A stretch of DNA of 64,000 nucleotides. It comes from Thermoplasmatota archaeon. Lineage in GTDB: Archaea; Thermoplasmatota; Penumbrarchaeia; JANQNL01. The translations under genes and the position numbers were made by a program. How positions within the stretch are numbered: the first letter of the stretch is position 1; the number at the start of each line of letters is the position of its first letter. Below, piece by piece: positions 8,719 through 23,700 of this stretch. The notes beneath the pieces were generated by a model. It had not been told where the DNA came from and ran no database searches. It was given only the letters and a program-made list of their open reading frames with translations. The DNA lies in NCBI GenBank assembly GCA_028279585.1, contig JANQNL010000039.1, forward strand, positions 4,132 through 68,131, read 5' to 3'.

Positions 8719-11700
8719 AGTTGAGCCCTCCCTGAAGCGCGTTTTAAATTACTATCATAGTTTAATGATAACCATAAGTGTGTCGATATCCATTCCCATT
8801 CATTAATGTTCTTATATTGAACTCCAGCGAGTGATGCGTTTCCAAATTGTGAATGGTTTGAATAAGTATTACAAGGATATAAACCTGTATACATACAAGA
8901 CCGTTGCTGGTATCCTATTTGTTTATTTCCATTATCAATCGGATGATCAAGATTGAAATTATGACCAAGTTCATGCATGAAGTCCATAGTGAATTCCTTA
9001 TCAGATGCTGATAATCCTTTCAAATATCCCATTGGTATCCAGAATTCAAATCCTCCATCTTCTCCATTAAAGGCGGGTTTTGCTCTACCTAATTCTTTGT
9101 CAGCTAATCGATGACAAAATACTGCATAATGGAACACATTGTCACGACCTTCAGTAAAGTGATGATACGAATAGAATGTCTCATCTGCATCACCGAAATT
9201 TCCAGGACTATCATCCCAATACACAGATCCACCACCTTCATTATTGACTCCTGTATAGGAAAATACATCCTTCCCCCAGTTCTCAGAACCGTCATCAATA
9301 TGCAATCCAATGTCATGCTCAAGAAATGCAATGTTTGAGTAATATTTAACGATTGAATTCATCTTATATGACGTTCTAAATGGATAATGATTCAAATATA
9401 AGTCATCATACCAGTCAATTTCTATTGCCACATCCTTCCGATTTGGATTCAGGCCATAATCTCTGAATTTATATTCATCGAGATTTGAGATTCCATCATT
9501 GTCGGGATCTCCAAATGACCCATGTTCTCCATCAGCCAATAGATTCGCATCATCAATTACAATATCTTTGCTTGTACCTGATTCCCAACCAGTCATGTAT
9601 AATCCATGTATACAATCGTAACCATCCGGGATTCCATCGCGGTCAGTATCGTTTGATCCAACTCCGATGATATCTGTTCCCCAGAAATCCCATTCCGCCT
9701 TTTGAGAGAGACCGTCCCAATCGCGATCGCCATAGTCATCAGGAGAATCAGGATCGCAAGGATATATTTCAAAATACAAGGTTGCCCACTGGTCATTATC
9801 TCCTCCATAGCCAGAGGTAACTCCTAATCCAGCATCATACCTGAAGTTGTCCTGAACAAACTTTTCATTGTAAACATAACATCCTTCATTTGGTAGTATA
9901 TATTGTTCATGCATTGCGGGATTGATATCACTCCACAATCCCGTTGCATGATCATAGTATATATTTAACTCAGATCCAGTTCCACCTGTAATATCTGCTT
10001 CATCATACACATCTGTCGAATCAGAATCCCATAATCTGATCTTGTATCCAGAATACTGTTCATTATGATCGAAACTAAAAGAAGCAACCAGAGAATTGTA
10101 CACACAATATTCATCAGATCTCCAACTAAGTTTTGATGTTTGTTCCTGTTCATCTATATCTATGACATATACATCCCAATCAGGAGCATCGACATCTCCT
10201 GCTTCAGTACCATAATTGTTTGAGCTCGCTTCAATAGCAAGAATTTTTACAGCTAGGTTGACCTCTTTCATCGCAGGATAATAATCCTCACTATCATCAA
10301 AGCCGTCACCATCAGTATCCCAATTATTCTTTTCTAGTCCCTGGTGATATTCTTCTGACTCGCTGACATTATCTTCATCTGAATCTGTTGAGGTTGGATC
10401 TGTTGCAAAATCACTCACATCGATATTATTCTGATTCCAGGTAGAGCTAGTAGTACTATCAAGGTTATCGACAACATATCTCGATTCCATTTCCCACATT
10501 GATGGTAGGCCATTGGTTGAGAAATAGCATCCCCAGCCTGAAATCGATTGAGTGTGACCTGTTTGAGTTTCATCATATCCCCAACCATCAATCCATCCAT
10601 CAGGGAGACCATCGTTATCAGAATCGACATCTAATGGATCTGTTTGGTCAAATACGATCTCGTTTCGGTCTTGCAGGTAATCTCCATCTGTATCGGAATC
10701 TGTTGGGTCAGTAAAATATGTGGTTGTTCCAGGCGCATCACCAATGACCTCGTCACCATCCTCAATCCCATCGGAGTCGGAATCATCATTCAATGCATCC
10801 GTTGGATCAAAACCATTGTGCTGAGATTTCTCTCCGTAGTATTTTATTGGACATGTGGAACTATTCTTATAGATTCCAAATTGATCGAAAAATTCAATTC
10901 TTGAATCACTTGGACTTGTGATATTTACATCATAGCCATCCAGTAAGCAATCTCTATCAGAGTCGGGCATAATTGGATTTGTACCAGATGTTAACAGTTC
11001 ATGGTAATCGGTGAGGCCGTCAAAGTCCGTATCGTCTGACTTGGGTGAAGTTCCATTTCCGAATTCTTGAGAATCATTCAACCCATCATCATCGGTGTCC
11101 ACATCGTTGAAATCTGAATAATCTACATCTGATTCGTATGAACCGTTTTGGTTTGAATCCTCAAGAATATTTAATAACCCATCTTGATCGGTATCCAAGC
11201 TTGATTGGACATTGTTCGGGTCTAATGCATTCACATAATCGAATAATTGCTCTGTTGATGAATTATCGAGTAATCCATCACCGTCAGAGTCCCGATCCAT
11301 ACCATTGCAGAGGCCATCGCCGTCGATATCACCCAGCCAGTACAATTTTCCTCCAGATAATATATCATTGCCATCATTTAATCCGTCTCCATCGGAATCA
11401 TAGACGTATGGCAATGTTTCCCACGCTTCGGTGTAGTATATATTGTCAGTTGTGTTGGTTCCACCGTACCATGCTCCTGCCCATCCATCCTTATCGGATG
11501 ACTCTTCACCATCATCCCTTCCATCATTATCCGAATCTGTATCTAGAGCATTTGGAATATCGTCATCGTCAGGATCAGCCCAAGTACCAGAGAGAGTAGA
11601 ATTTGCATAAGTCCTTGCGGCTCTATCGGGAGCAAGAATCGTTCTTGTGCCTTCATCGTTGAGATACCATTTTGGTGAGTCCATTCTGTAGAAATACTCC

Positions 11701-14700
11701 CCGCCGTCTTTAATCCCATCGTCATCAGTGTCAGAATTATTGAAATCTGTTTCTTCATCTTCGTCCCAAACACCATCTCCGTCCAAATCTTCGCCTTCCC
11801 ATGGATCTTTTACCCCATCAATCCTGTCTGAATCTACACGCCAATCATTAACATCGAATCTCCAATAACCATCAGTCCAAGCATCTGGGATGAAATCTCC
11901 ATCAGAATCGAAACTTCTAGGATTGATTCCACGAGAAAGTTCTTTCCAGTCATCCAAACCATCCTCATCTGTGTCGTTCGAGTTAGGGTTTGTGGAATTA
12001 TGATATTCGTCATAGTCTGTAATATTGTCTGAATCGGAGTCTGTGTTCATGGGATTTGAGTAGACAAAGTATCCTAGACTTTCGTTGATTCCACTTGTAG
12101 TAACCCTTGTGATATATCTCGTGAGATAGAAACCAAATGCTTCAATGTGGTCTGATAACGAGTCATCATCCGAATCCGTATCCGTAGCATTTGTAGACTC
12201 CAGATACCCACTCTGATTCGTTGTTGACGTTCTGTTTCTTGTACTATTCGAATTGTACAACTCTCCACAGAACCAAACATCGTTCGAGTCGACAATATCA
12301 AACCCATCCCACAGCCCATCCTCATCCGAGTCCTCATTCCACGGATTCGTCTCGTTCCACGTCTCATCCTCATCCATCACACCATCCAGGTCCGTGTCAC
12401 CCTCCAGTACGCCATCCCTATCCTCATCCTCACCCTCCCATGGATCAAATGAATCCGAGGTCTGACTAGCTGGCATGTCTGTACCCCTGGTGATCGACGA
12501 GTAGTCCACGAACCATTCTACCACGGGGTCCCATATCTTCCCATCAACCCAACCATCTGGCAAACCGTCGTTATCGCTATCAGCGTCACAGGTACCCTTC
12601 AACCCATCCCCGTCCCTGTCTGCGAGTCCAAAGACCTCCCATCCGTCCCAAACCCCGTCCCCATCCGCGTCCGCATCCACCATATTCTCATCCGTGTCCG
12701 GGTCTAAGCCCTGGCCGGTCTGGTCCTCATTCCAATCCGGCTCTGAACCATCATTGATACCATCATTGTCGGAGTCTGGATCATACACGTTACACGCAGG
12801 ATCATATCCCAGCTCGGACAACTCTCGACCAGACGTGTACGAGTCGTTATTCTTATCCCAGTACAGCTCATCATCGTCGTTGATTCCATCGTTGTCGGAG
12901 TCCCAGTGGCATGGATCGGAGAAGTAGAGTTGTTTGTTCCTCCAGTAGCCATTGTTATCCGATACGTTGTATGATGTCATATCGAGCGAGCCAGCGCTGG
13001 AATTGATGAACTCGTAGTACCAACCCGTCGAGTAGAGATCCGGTATGAGGATTGTATCATTTCCCGAGGTGTTGGACCAAAGATATATTGGTGAGCCATA
13101 GCCCAGGGTCAAAATCTGCTTTGAATCGTTTGGCAGACTATCCTTGTTTGCCACGTAAGAGTAATTCTTCGCGGAGAATGCTCCCGTCCAAGATGCGTCG
13201 TGGTCTCCGTCATAATGGATCCAATCGTTGGTGGTGACATCCTCATATGCGAGTGGGGATAAGGAGCCATTCACAACGTTCGTTCTGAAGATAATCTTTC
13301 GCGGCGTTGAAGTTGTGATCGTTCCCAGGACTCCGCAGACTTCTTCGCCATCATCGAGGTCATCGTATACATCACTGTTCTTGAGCTTAGGGTGGGTTCC
13401 AATGATGAATTCCTCGAGGTTGGTGAGACCGTCACCAGCGTTGGAGAAGTCGTTATAAACTATTGTGTATGACATGTTTGTGTAATGATAATCTGGACTC
13501 GGTGTGGTTGTCATGTATTGCCATCCTCCACCATAATCGTACATAGCAGTGTCTGATAAATTAAGAGGAGGTGGTGGTGGTGGTGCACCGGATCTATCAT
13601 TTTTATACCAAGTAAATGTTGCTTCATTATACCGTAATCCAATCCAAATCTCACCGTTCAATTCCTCTAGAACATCATATGTCAATATTTCATCTGGGAC
13701 TGCATAATAGAGCACGCTACCTTCATTTGTTGCATTGTCTGTTTTGTAGATCATATTGAATGGTCGATCTGAAGAATAAGCCTGATTGGTTCTTCCATCA
13801 CTCCATATCTCGAATACAGGGATTGAACCTCCATCTAGGTTCACAGGAAGTCTAAAGGCTGCAACCTGGAAGTATCCACCATCTGGGTGTGTTAGGTTTA
13901 CATATTGCATAATCACATTGTCAGGATTGGATACAACTTCAGGTTGCTGGCCATCGATTCCATTGGCCAAGTTGGTTTCCGTGGGTTCGTCAATGTCGTT
14001 GTTAGCATCTGAATTATCGTTAGGATTCAAGAGATAATTTCCAGTTTGGTCCTTGTATTCCTCCCTTGTAGCATACCAAACCTCCCAACCATCTGGCATC
14101 AGATCAGAGTCTGTATCATCTGCTTTGTTATCTGTCTCACCGTAACTTCCATCGAACTCCTTCGTAAGCGTATTGAAACCCCATCCTGATAGTGTAGCCG
14201 TATTACCATCACAGTTCAGGTCTTCTCCCTCATACACCTGCACGAGATTATCAGCTATGCCATAGTAACCCCATAGTCTCTCGTCATATCGGTATGAGAA
14301 CCGACCCATAGAGTCGATCTGTTTCGTTGCCATCGTTCTTACGACGAAACCATAATCATCAAGCGGTGAATCGAAATCATCGTTTGATTCCAGATAAGCA
14401 TTCGTTCTGTATGACCAACCATCCCTCCAACCGTCACAGAGACCATCATTGTCCGTGTCTGGGTTCAATGGGTCCGTTGTTGAGCTTGCGTTCGAATCGT
14501 AGTTGTTGATCGGTGTGTGATCGAACGGATCACCGTTATGGCAGATCCTCTCAGTCCACGAACCTGGTGATGTATCATCTCCTACAACTGAGGAATTATA
14601 TCCAAGCTCTACTCCATCCCTGATGCCATCGAAATCCGAATCGCGATAGCCTGGATCAGTTCCAAGCGTATCTATCTCTGTCTTGTCATCAATGCCATCA

Positions 14701-17700
14701 TCGTCAGGATCATCATTAAGCGGATACCATTCAAGGTAGGCCTCAATCGTATCGTTGATTTCATCGCCGTCAGTATCCCTGCACATCCCATCCAAACCAA
14801 CCCTAGTCATATGAGCTCTATCCAAGTCCATGATCTCGAGCGCGTAAACATGTTCGAAGTTCATGTCATCAGGAACTGATGAGTACTCGCCCATTGTTGT
14901 CTTCAGGTCTGGGTCCAGATGGTCCGGAAGCTTGTTCAGGTCCACACCGACCTTTATGTAGTACTCAATACCCTCAACCCATTCATATGTGCATGTGAAG
15001 GCGTATGAGACCTTTGCTGAAAGGTTCCTCGTGGCTTCCCAGTCATAAGGATCGTAGATCAATTCTGCTGCTTGCAGAGAGCAACTCTGGCTTGATGTTA
15101 GCGGTGTTCTAGTTGTTCCGGAGCTAGTACTGATCTCGACATAGGTGCAACTATCAGCAACAGCCTCAACATACCATTCCTCATCATCTGTAAGGTAGAT
15201 CGCCTGGTCCTCAAGCCGAACGGGTATTGGATTCCCTTCGTTGACGAGACGATATCCATAAATGTCGACCTCTGCTGTCTTGATCATGTCTGGACCATTT
15301 CTAGGTGAGATCTCAACGGAGTACGTCCCAGTGACAGGAGCTTCATACAGTAACGAAACATAAGAATCCTGGATGATCTCATTCCCAGAATCATACTCTT
15401 CATGAATAGAGGAGCGGATGTTCACACCAGTCTGATAGAAGTATGCACCAGCATCGAATCTGGTCTCGGTCTTTGCACTGTATTCATCAGATTCTTCAGT
15501 GTTCATGTAGTGACCCCACTCCTTGAACTCAACTGCATCTTCGAATTCGATGATATCACAGCCCCATGCTTCTAAGTACTCCTCACCATCATCCATGCCA
15601 TCGCCATCTGAGTCGATACAAAGTGGGTCTGTGCTATTATCCTTGTACATCCAGAACTCTTCGATGTCGAGTGTCTCTTCGCTAGTGGTGTAATGGAAAT
15701 CGGATTTGAAAAATAGCGGGACCTCTCTAGTGCCCAACGTATCATCTTCGTAGGCGTTCAGATATGCTGCGAAGTTGATTGATTTCTCAGCGCCTGTGAA
15801 GATTCCTGTGTGGTTCCATATCTCCAGATCGTCGATCTCAAGTGAGTACTGACGGAGAATTGATGATAGCTCATTGGTACCATCTTTGAACAAGCACTGG
15901 CCATTGTAGATCGTCAATGAGGTGGCTGAGGACGTAGATTGAGTTACGCTTACTTCGGTTCCATCAACAATATCTGTGACATTGATACTGGATCGACCAT
16001 TGTGACGATAGATGACCTTGCTACCCTCAATGTTTGGATGAGGGTCCATCGAAGATGATCCTATGGACGTGAGTGTCTGGTGCATGATATCATACACATA
16101 CGTACCATATGTGCTTCCATCGAGTCTACAGAACACTATCCTTCCATCATCGATCTCATGCCTGATGATCTTTTCATTATCGATGAAGGTCATCTCATGC
16201 ATATCAATACCTTCATCATCCTGCTCATCCTCTTCAATATCACCTGAGAAACTGTAGTATGAACCTTTCAGTTCAGATGTGGATTGGTTGGTGTCCTCGA
16301 CATATGTTACCAGATTGCACCATATTCGCGGATGGCCGAACTCACTTGCCGATGAAGCGACTGTGATATCCCAGCTCTCCTCGTCACCTTCTTTGTAGTT
16401 CGGAGTTCCATCACCATCGATATCACCGTTGAAATCATAGAATTTTATTGAGTACGATCCCTCTTGCCAGACAAGGTAATCACCATAGATATCTAAGTCA
16501 GATATCGATGTTGTAGATTCGAACAATAGTGTCGTTTCTCCTGTGGAGATCTGATAAAGGTTTAAACTGTATACAGTGCCAGATGTGACATACCCAATGT
16601 ATGCTATGAAATCTCCATGGATGGCTGCTTCCGTATTTGTCGTATCAGTATATCCTATAGTCAATGGATTACTAGTCATCTCATCAGTGATGTCATAAAG
16701 GTAGATGTCTGATGAATAGTCGTACACAACATAATTCTCATACGAATCGATCCGGTTGCCTATCGCGATATCAGTTGACACATTCTGAAGTGTGTGAACG
16801 GTCGGTGTCGCCTCGTCGAACTCGAAGTACGCGGACGAAACATAATCGTTCCAATCGAACTGGATCGAGATATCATCGTTCTCACCATCCGTATCGAACG
16901 TCAGGTCCTCATCCTCATCAACAACTCCATTGTTATAGAAGTCATCAGAGAACATGTCGTCCTGCTTTACGATCATGATCCTGTCCACATAAACCGTCCC
17001 CGCAGTCCTCTTGATCTGCAAGGTATACTCAGATTGGCTTGCCTGGAAGATCAAACGATCCCACTCTGGCTCGTAGTGTTCTGTGGGCTCGATATCGCTT
17101 GAGGTAAGCTCAGAGATGTTTGTCCAGATCTCATAAGCTGGGCTCCCTGTTCCCATGGCTCTTATCCATACCTCATAAGAATCTCCACTATCGAATGGAA
17201 TGCTCTCTATCTCTACGAACACAGTATCTGGGCTTTCCGCATAGATCATCTTTCCATTCTCGCAAGAGATGTTGGTAGTGATATCTGTGTGGCCGGTGTA
17301 TGGATAGTACTCTGCTTCGTACCAGAGCTGGGTGCTTGTGCTCTCAATGCCATCCATAACACCGTCAGAATCCGTGTCATAGAGATACGGTATCGAGTAT
17401 TGACCCATTTGAACGCTCGTTGGAGATGTTGGGTTTGCTCCATCCTCGTGAGATCTGATGAGCAGGATATCATCAACAGCAATAGCTTGGTTATCTGTGG
17501 AATCATAAGCAATTAGCTGGAGATAACCTGATAGCTCCTCGACTCTGAAGGGTTGTGTCTGGAACCACTTCCAATAGTCGTCCACAGGGAATGTCGTGTT
17601 CGCGCTTATCTCGGATGAATCAAGCAAAGCTCGGAGCTTTAGATCAGCTGTCGTGGATGTATTAATGAGCTTGGCTCGAACCATGAACTTGTAGTAACCG

Positions 17701-20700
17701 GTCTGGTTGATCGGGAACAGGTCGTCGAATATCGAATCGTCTGTGGATAACTGGACTGCTCCTCCACCATAGTACTTGCTTGAGTTAACAAAGTCAACAG
17801 CCTGGAACAGGTGGATCTCCTCGGTTGATTCGTTCGCGTCATCGAACCAGTCCCCATCGGAATCCCCGCCGAGCTTGACATTGAAGTTAGAGCTATCAAA
17901 GATCTGAGCGTAGAACTGATTATCATTACCGACAGTGAAGTTGTATGGTGTGCGGTATTCCCAAGAAACTGTAGCACCCTTAAACTCCTTTTCAGTCAGG
18001 TATGTCGTGAGAGAATCCGTACCATCACCTTCCGTGTGCATGATATCTGTTCTGTTTCCAGACTCATCAAATACCTGGAGATAATGATCTGTATCTCGGT
18101 TCGTTGCAAGGTAAGCTATCTGACCACTGTTCAAAGCCTCATCATATATGCGAACATCGTCAATAGCTCCCGAAAAATCCCCTGCCTTCTGATTATCTGG
18201 TCTGGAAATTCCAAAACTCAATGCTGATGTTCCGCTAGAGTCAACCGATCCGCCCCAATCGCCCCATGTATGTACTTTCTCACCATTCAGATAGACCTTG
18301 GTCTCTGCACTTGTATCGTCTTCATTATATGTCAAAGCCAGATGATACCATGTGTCGTCTTGTATCCCGATGTCTTGTGATAGTGTACCGTCCTTATCCG
18401 AGGTGTCAAAATACAGTTCGATGTTGGAACCTTCGGTGCCGAGCTCGAAGTTGTCATTGTCAGTTGAGGAACCCTGTGATATTAGCACATTATTGATGCT
18501 ATGGCCAGTGTCTCGACTCACTCCATCTCTATCAATATCTCTCCGGAACCACATTGCCATCGTGAAATGCTCTGGAGCGTCTAAGAAATCAATATCTCCT
18601 ACGTCCACCCAATCATCAACACCATCAAAGACAAAGCAATCACCTACCATGCCATTCTCAAGATCGTTCACTGGATGAAGTCCTTCGATCTCACCTGAGT
18701 TATCAGTGACGGAAGAATCATAGGTCATATATTTGGATTCGACCCAATGCATCTCATCGAACGTCCAATGATTCCTTGGGGTCGTATTATCCTGCCATTC
18801 TGGTTTGTCGTACGGTGAGACAGTCACATCCCAAACCTCTCCGATATGGGATGTTGCATCTATCTGGAATGCATCCTCCGAATAATCACAATCTAACAAA
18901 GAGACGAACGATCCGGAGACCGAATACACGTCGTTCCTATTTGCACCAGTGATGTCAGAGTTCTCGATCCTTGGTTCAGAGTTGTCTGAGTAGATCGAAT
19001 GGTTGTTTGTTGTGAAGGTACCAGAGATTACAGACACACTTCCGTTTTCCAATAATGTTCCATTATCGTTATCACCGAATGTTGTCGAGGAGATTGAAGA
19101 AGCATCACAGAAACCATGGAAGCCGATCGGATTGTCTGAAAGATTACAGCTTGCAACGTCTATGTAAGAGTACAATGATTTTACACCAGCGATATCGCAG
19201 GTAGAAGCTGTCACACCAGATATTGAACCAGTTGTGTTCAGGGTGACTACACCGTAATCACAATCGGTGACACTCATGGATGTAACATCAGCATCTGTCT
19301 CTCCCATGGAGATGCCGATATCGTTGTCCCTGATCGTACAGGATGATACTCCATCCGTATAGGTAACGTACAAACCGCTTACAGAGGCCATAACATCTCC
19401 AATTAGCTCAATAGAGACATTGATATAGATCGAAATCTCGGTTGTCGATAGAGATACCTCTGAACCCGTTGTCTCTTCGATCACTCCGCCAGATGCATTC
19501 TCAACCGCGAATGAGATGCTCGCAGTATCGGATTCTTCAGACAATAGGTATACTCCCTCATAATCCTCCCAGCTCGACCTGTTGATAGCTATTGTTCTGG
19601 CGTTCTCTTCATACATCTGTAATGATCCAGTACGATTTATAGAGGAGAACCTCACCTCGTCCAGGAATCCTTGATAATCATTATTGCCAGATGAACCGAG
19701 TTGGCCAATGTACCAATCCATACTTGATGGTTCATCTTGGGATGAATACATCGAAATTAAACTACCATTCACATAGAGGAAGTACGTGTAACCATCCCAC
19801 ACAATAGATACATGATACCAAACCTCTTTCTTCCAAAAGGTCTGGTATGTTGAGAGAATGAACTCATCATATTCACCAGAGAAGTTGAAGCTCAAAGCTC
19901 CATCATCGAACTCGTTGAGCTCGATGCTATAGCTCTCATCAGTAGAATACCCACCAACAAGAGTCATTATGCCGTCAGAATCATCTGTCCAGCTATCATC
20001 CAGTTTGAACCAGGTCTCGATGGTCCCTTTGTTACCGAGGTCCATCGTCCCAGCATTTACATAATCTCCATCACCATCGAAATATAACCCAGGTCCATAT
20101 CGTCCAGTCTCCCACAGAGCATTAGTTATGGATCCATTGCTTCCTGTTCCATGATTCTGAGCGGTCGTCCCTCCATCTCTGTCGAAATGGAATAGACCTA
20201 CCGTGTTTGTCGTATCGATGTATGGGCCCGAACAGTCATTGAAACGTCTTTCAACATTATAGATCTGGACATCATCCAATAAACCAGAATAGCAATTACC
20301 ATAGGTTCCTGGCCCAGGACGCCCGATGAAGTAATGATTGTTCTTAGCTACACCAGTTGTAGCGTCAAGCCGTTTGGTGTCCTTTAGATGTCCATCCACG
20401 TAGAGGTCCATTCTAAAGGCTTCACTTCCTGCAATACCATCATCTATGCACCAATGATAAGCTACGTGGAACCACCCTTCTTTGTTGGATATATCCGCAG
20501 TGAGAGATTCATATCCTGTTGAATGATGATAGAGTTCTGCCACGATGTTGCTGTTGTTGAGATACAATCTTCGATTCCTATTATTGGAACCATGGAAAAG
20601 GTACTGGGTCGAAGCTGAGTTATCATCTGGCAGAAGCCACATCTCGATGGTACCTTCTGCATCCGAATCCCGCATCGAAGATGAGTTCATATCGATCCAA

Positions 20701-23700
20701 ATGTAATCTCCAGTACCGTCTAGGTCCAGAGCTCCATTGAACAACCCTCCTGTTGTATCCCAAGAAGCTCCTGCAACGGTAGCTGTCGTGTATCCCGTTT
20801 CATCGGTTGCTGTTGTTCCAGAGCTCTGATCGAGATGTAGGTTCATTATCTGATTCTGTTCAACACTCCTGTTCTCGTGCAGGTATCTGGGGATGGTCAT
20901 ATCTTCTGTGCGATAGGACATCTTGACCTCGTCGATCGTGCCAATGAATGTCCATTGTGATAGTCCTCTCAAGGAACCAATGTATAGGTCATCATCAGTA
21001 TATTCTGAATCTATCAAAGATGAAACAGATGTCGAACTTTCAGCAACCATCCTTCCATCGACGAACAACCGCATATAGGAACCGTTGTAAGTTGCTGCGA
21101 CATGATACCATTGATCTGTAGATAGGATTCCAGCATCTGATATCAACATCTCTCTGGTCGTTCCATCGGATATTGAGAGCTTCAAATAACCTCCATTGTA
21201 GGTTGTAAGTAAGAATTGACCATCAGGGCTAGAATACCACTTTGAGATAATGGTATTCCCTCCGCTACTACCATCTCCAGAAAAGGTTGTTGGATAGATC
21301 CAAGCTTCAACCGTTAATTGTGTCAACGGATCAAGATCATCGTGGTCTGACACCGAGATGTAATCCCCACTGGAGAATTCTTGAGCTGAACCATACACGC
21401 CAGTGACCCAAGATGTGCCAGATGCTGTTCCATCATGGCCATCCCAAGCTTCACTGATGGATGTTCCAGTGTTCTCATCCATATGATAGACACAAACTGG
21501 GTTGTCACTTGTGGCGTGTGAGTACGTCCTCTTGGTACTCATCACGTCGTTGACGACACTGATCCCCGTTGTATTGGTAGCGATATCTCCTGATGATGAA
21601 AAAGCAACTGCTTCGTAGTTACATGGAGCGTAGGTGATGAAAAAGTCCTCAAGGTAGACGCCTTCGCTATTGTTCTCAAGGTCGAATCGAAGAATAATCG
21701 AAGAATGAGTAAAATGATCCAATGAACTGAGATCGATCTTTGAGCTCGAAAGGTCTTGATAACCAGAGATAGGATTTGAATTATCATCGAGCAAGGAAAC
21801 CTTCACCAAGGAGAGATTGTTCTCAGTCTTGGATAGAATTAGTTCCCCCCACTTACTATTGTCAGGTAAGGAAATCGGATCAGTAATGGCGTAACCACTT
21901 GTTGCTCGATCATCAAGGAACTCATCCTTATCTAATAATATCCAATCCCAGTAGGACTTTGTACTGCCTGTGCATGAATTTGCTTTTGGCCCGAACTGCA
22001 TAGCTCCGTCTCCTCCGCCCCAACCGTAGAAGCTCCCAGAGAAGGTCGTAACTAACTCTCCATCAATGAATAACTTAGTAATTTCAGTCGTTGTGTTGGT
22101 ACATAAGCGAATCAGGTGGAATTCACTGTCAGCGGTAGAGAGTTCCGTGTCACAGGTCTCGAATGTAGAACCTGTCTTTAAGTGGCTCACGCGGCCTTCT
22201 TTGAAGAATACATTAACCATCTTTTGTCCATTCTTCATAGACCAGGAGGCGCCCATATTATTTCCACCATCGGTCTTGTCTGGAAGTTCGTCAGATTTCA
22301 GCAAGAACTCTGCTGTCATCTGTTTATCGATCACTTCAGGATCGTATGTATTGACAAGGTGATTTCCTGAAGCAGCATACCCAACAAACTGCCCATATGG
22401 AGCTCCCTGGGCGAAATCGTAGATATACTTGTTCGCAGCATTTGAAGCACTTGGACTCCATTCTTCGTGATCATCACAGTCCTCATTGAGATAAGAACCA
22501 TCAACTGGAACAAGTCCTAATTGTAGCTTGCCATCGCTGATAACTAAGCCAGACATCATATCGAACAGGTCATAACTCATGTTCTGGTGCCATGAGTTGT
22601 TCTCAAATCTGATCCCAATGACATTGTTCTCGATGATACACGATTCGATGGTTGGGGCTGTTGCCCTACCGATCACGATACCTTCGTCGGTGTTATTATG
22701 TATCCAGCATGTTTCGATACCAGGACAGCTTTCATAGACCAATATACCCGATGAGGAGGAGTTCTGGATAGTCGAGTAATACACATAGACATCATCGGAA
22801 GATACATTGAGGCCATGGCCATCTTGACCGTGGTCTCTGATCAATGATGTGTTGATACACCCCTGTGAACCATGTTCATAAACGAATGAATAGGGAAGAC
22901 TTTCATTGAAAGCCATGACCGTTGTTGAATTGTAGATACCAAATTCTCCACCACTCTGTACTTTGATCTTATATGTATCCGTGGTAGTAGAGTTCATCAA
23001 GAGGGTGCATTTGTCGAGGATTAGTAATCCCCCATCAGCGATAGTGAGGTTTGAATTCTGGACGATAGTTTCATTCCTGTAATAGAGGGAGGTCGTGACT
23101 GGGGAGGAGATCGGGTCGATGTGGAGCGGAAGATACTTCCTATCTATGCGGTCGTTTGGAACTTCAATGGTCATTGTTTCCTCTGAGAATCCCAACATCG
23201 CAAAGCCTGATCTTGGTGAAAAATCATGTATAAGAGATTCCTGAGAATTGAAATTATCAGAACCATCGTACATCACAGGTTCCTTCAGCAAAATAGTGTC
23301 AGAACCACGATTCAATCCATTACCGCTGAATGTCGAATCGGAAGGATACCTGATATTGGCTGAGATAACATAGTCCTTATCGCCAGCAGAGAAGTCTCTG
23401 ATAATATAATCGTCTTTGAAGCCGAATAATCCCACTTCACCAATGAGGTCTATTCCAGGGTAAATGTCTGTTATTATGAATTTATTTCCTGCAACCTCAA
23501 TAGAACCGTTTGGCTCATGAACGTTGCAGGTTAGATAGTAAGTTGTATTGATTTCGGTTCTTACCTTTTTCGTACCGTTCAAATCACCAGTGTCATTCTC
23601 ATCACACTGGACGGTGGTGAACAATTCCTCATAATTGACAACGACAGAGGTCGTTTCTAATGTTGAGAGGTACAGGTCATAGTGTAAAGTACCATTGGTA

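Noticed and set aside
13561-13590. A (GGT)n microsatellite encoding a proline run (PPPPPP) in the giant gene, considered as a possible phase-variation tract.
   Set aside because: There are only about 5 units, and they are in frame (slippage would add or remove one Pro). This is too short to argue for switching.
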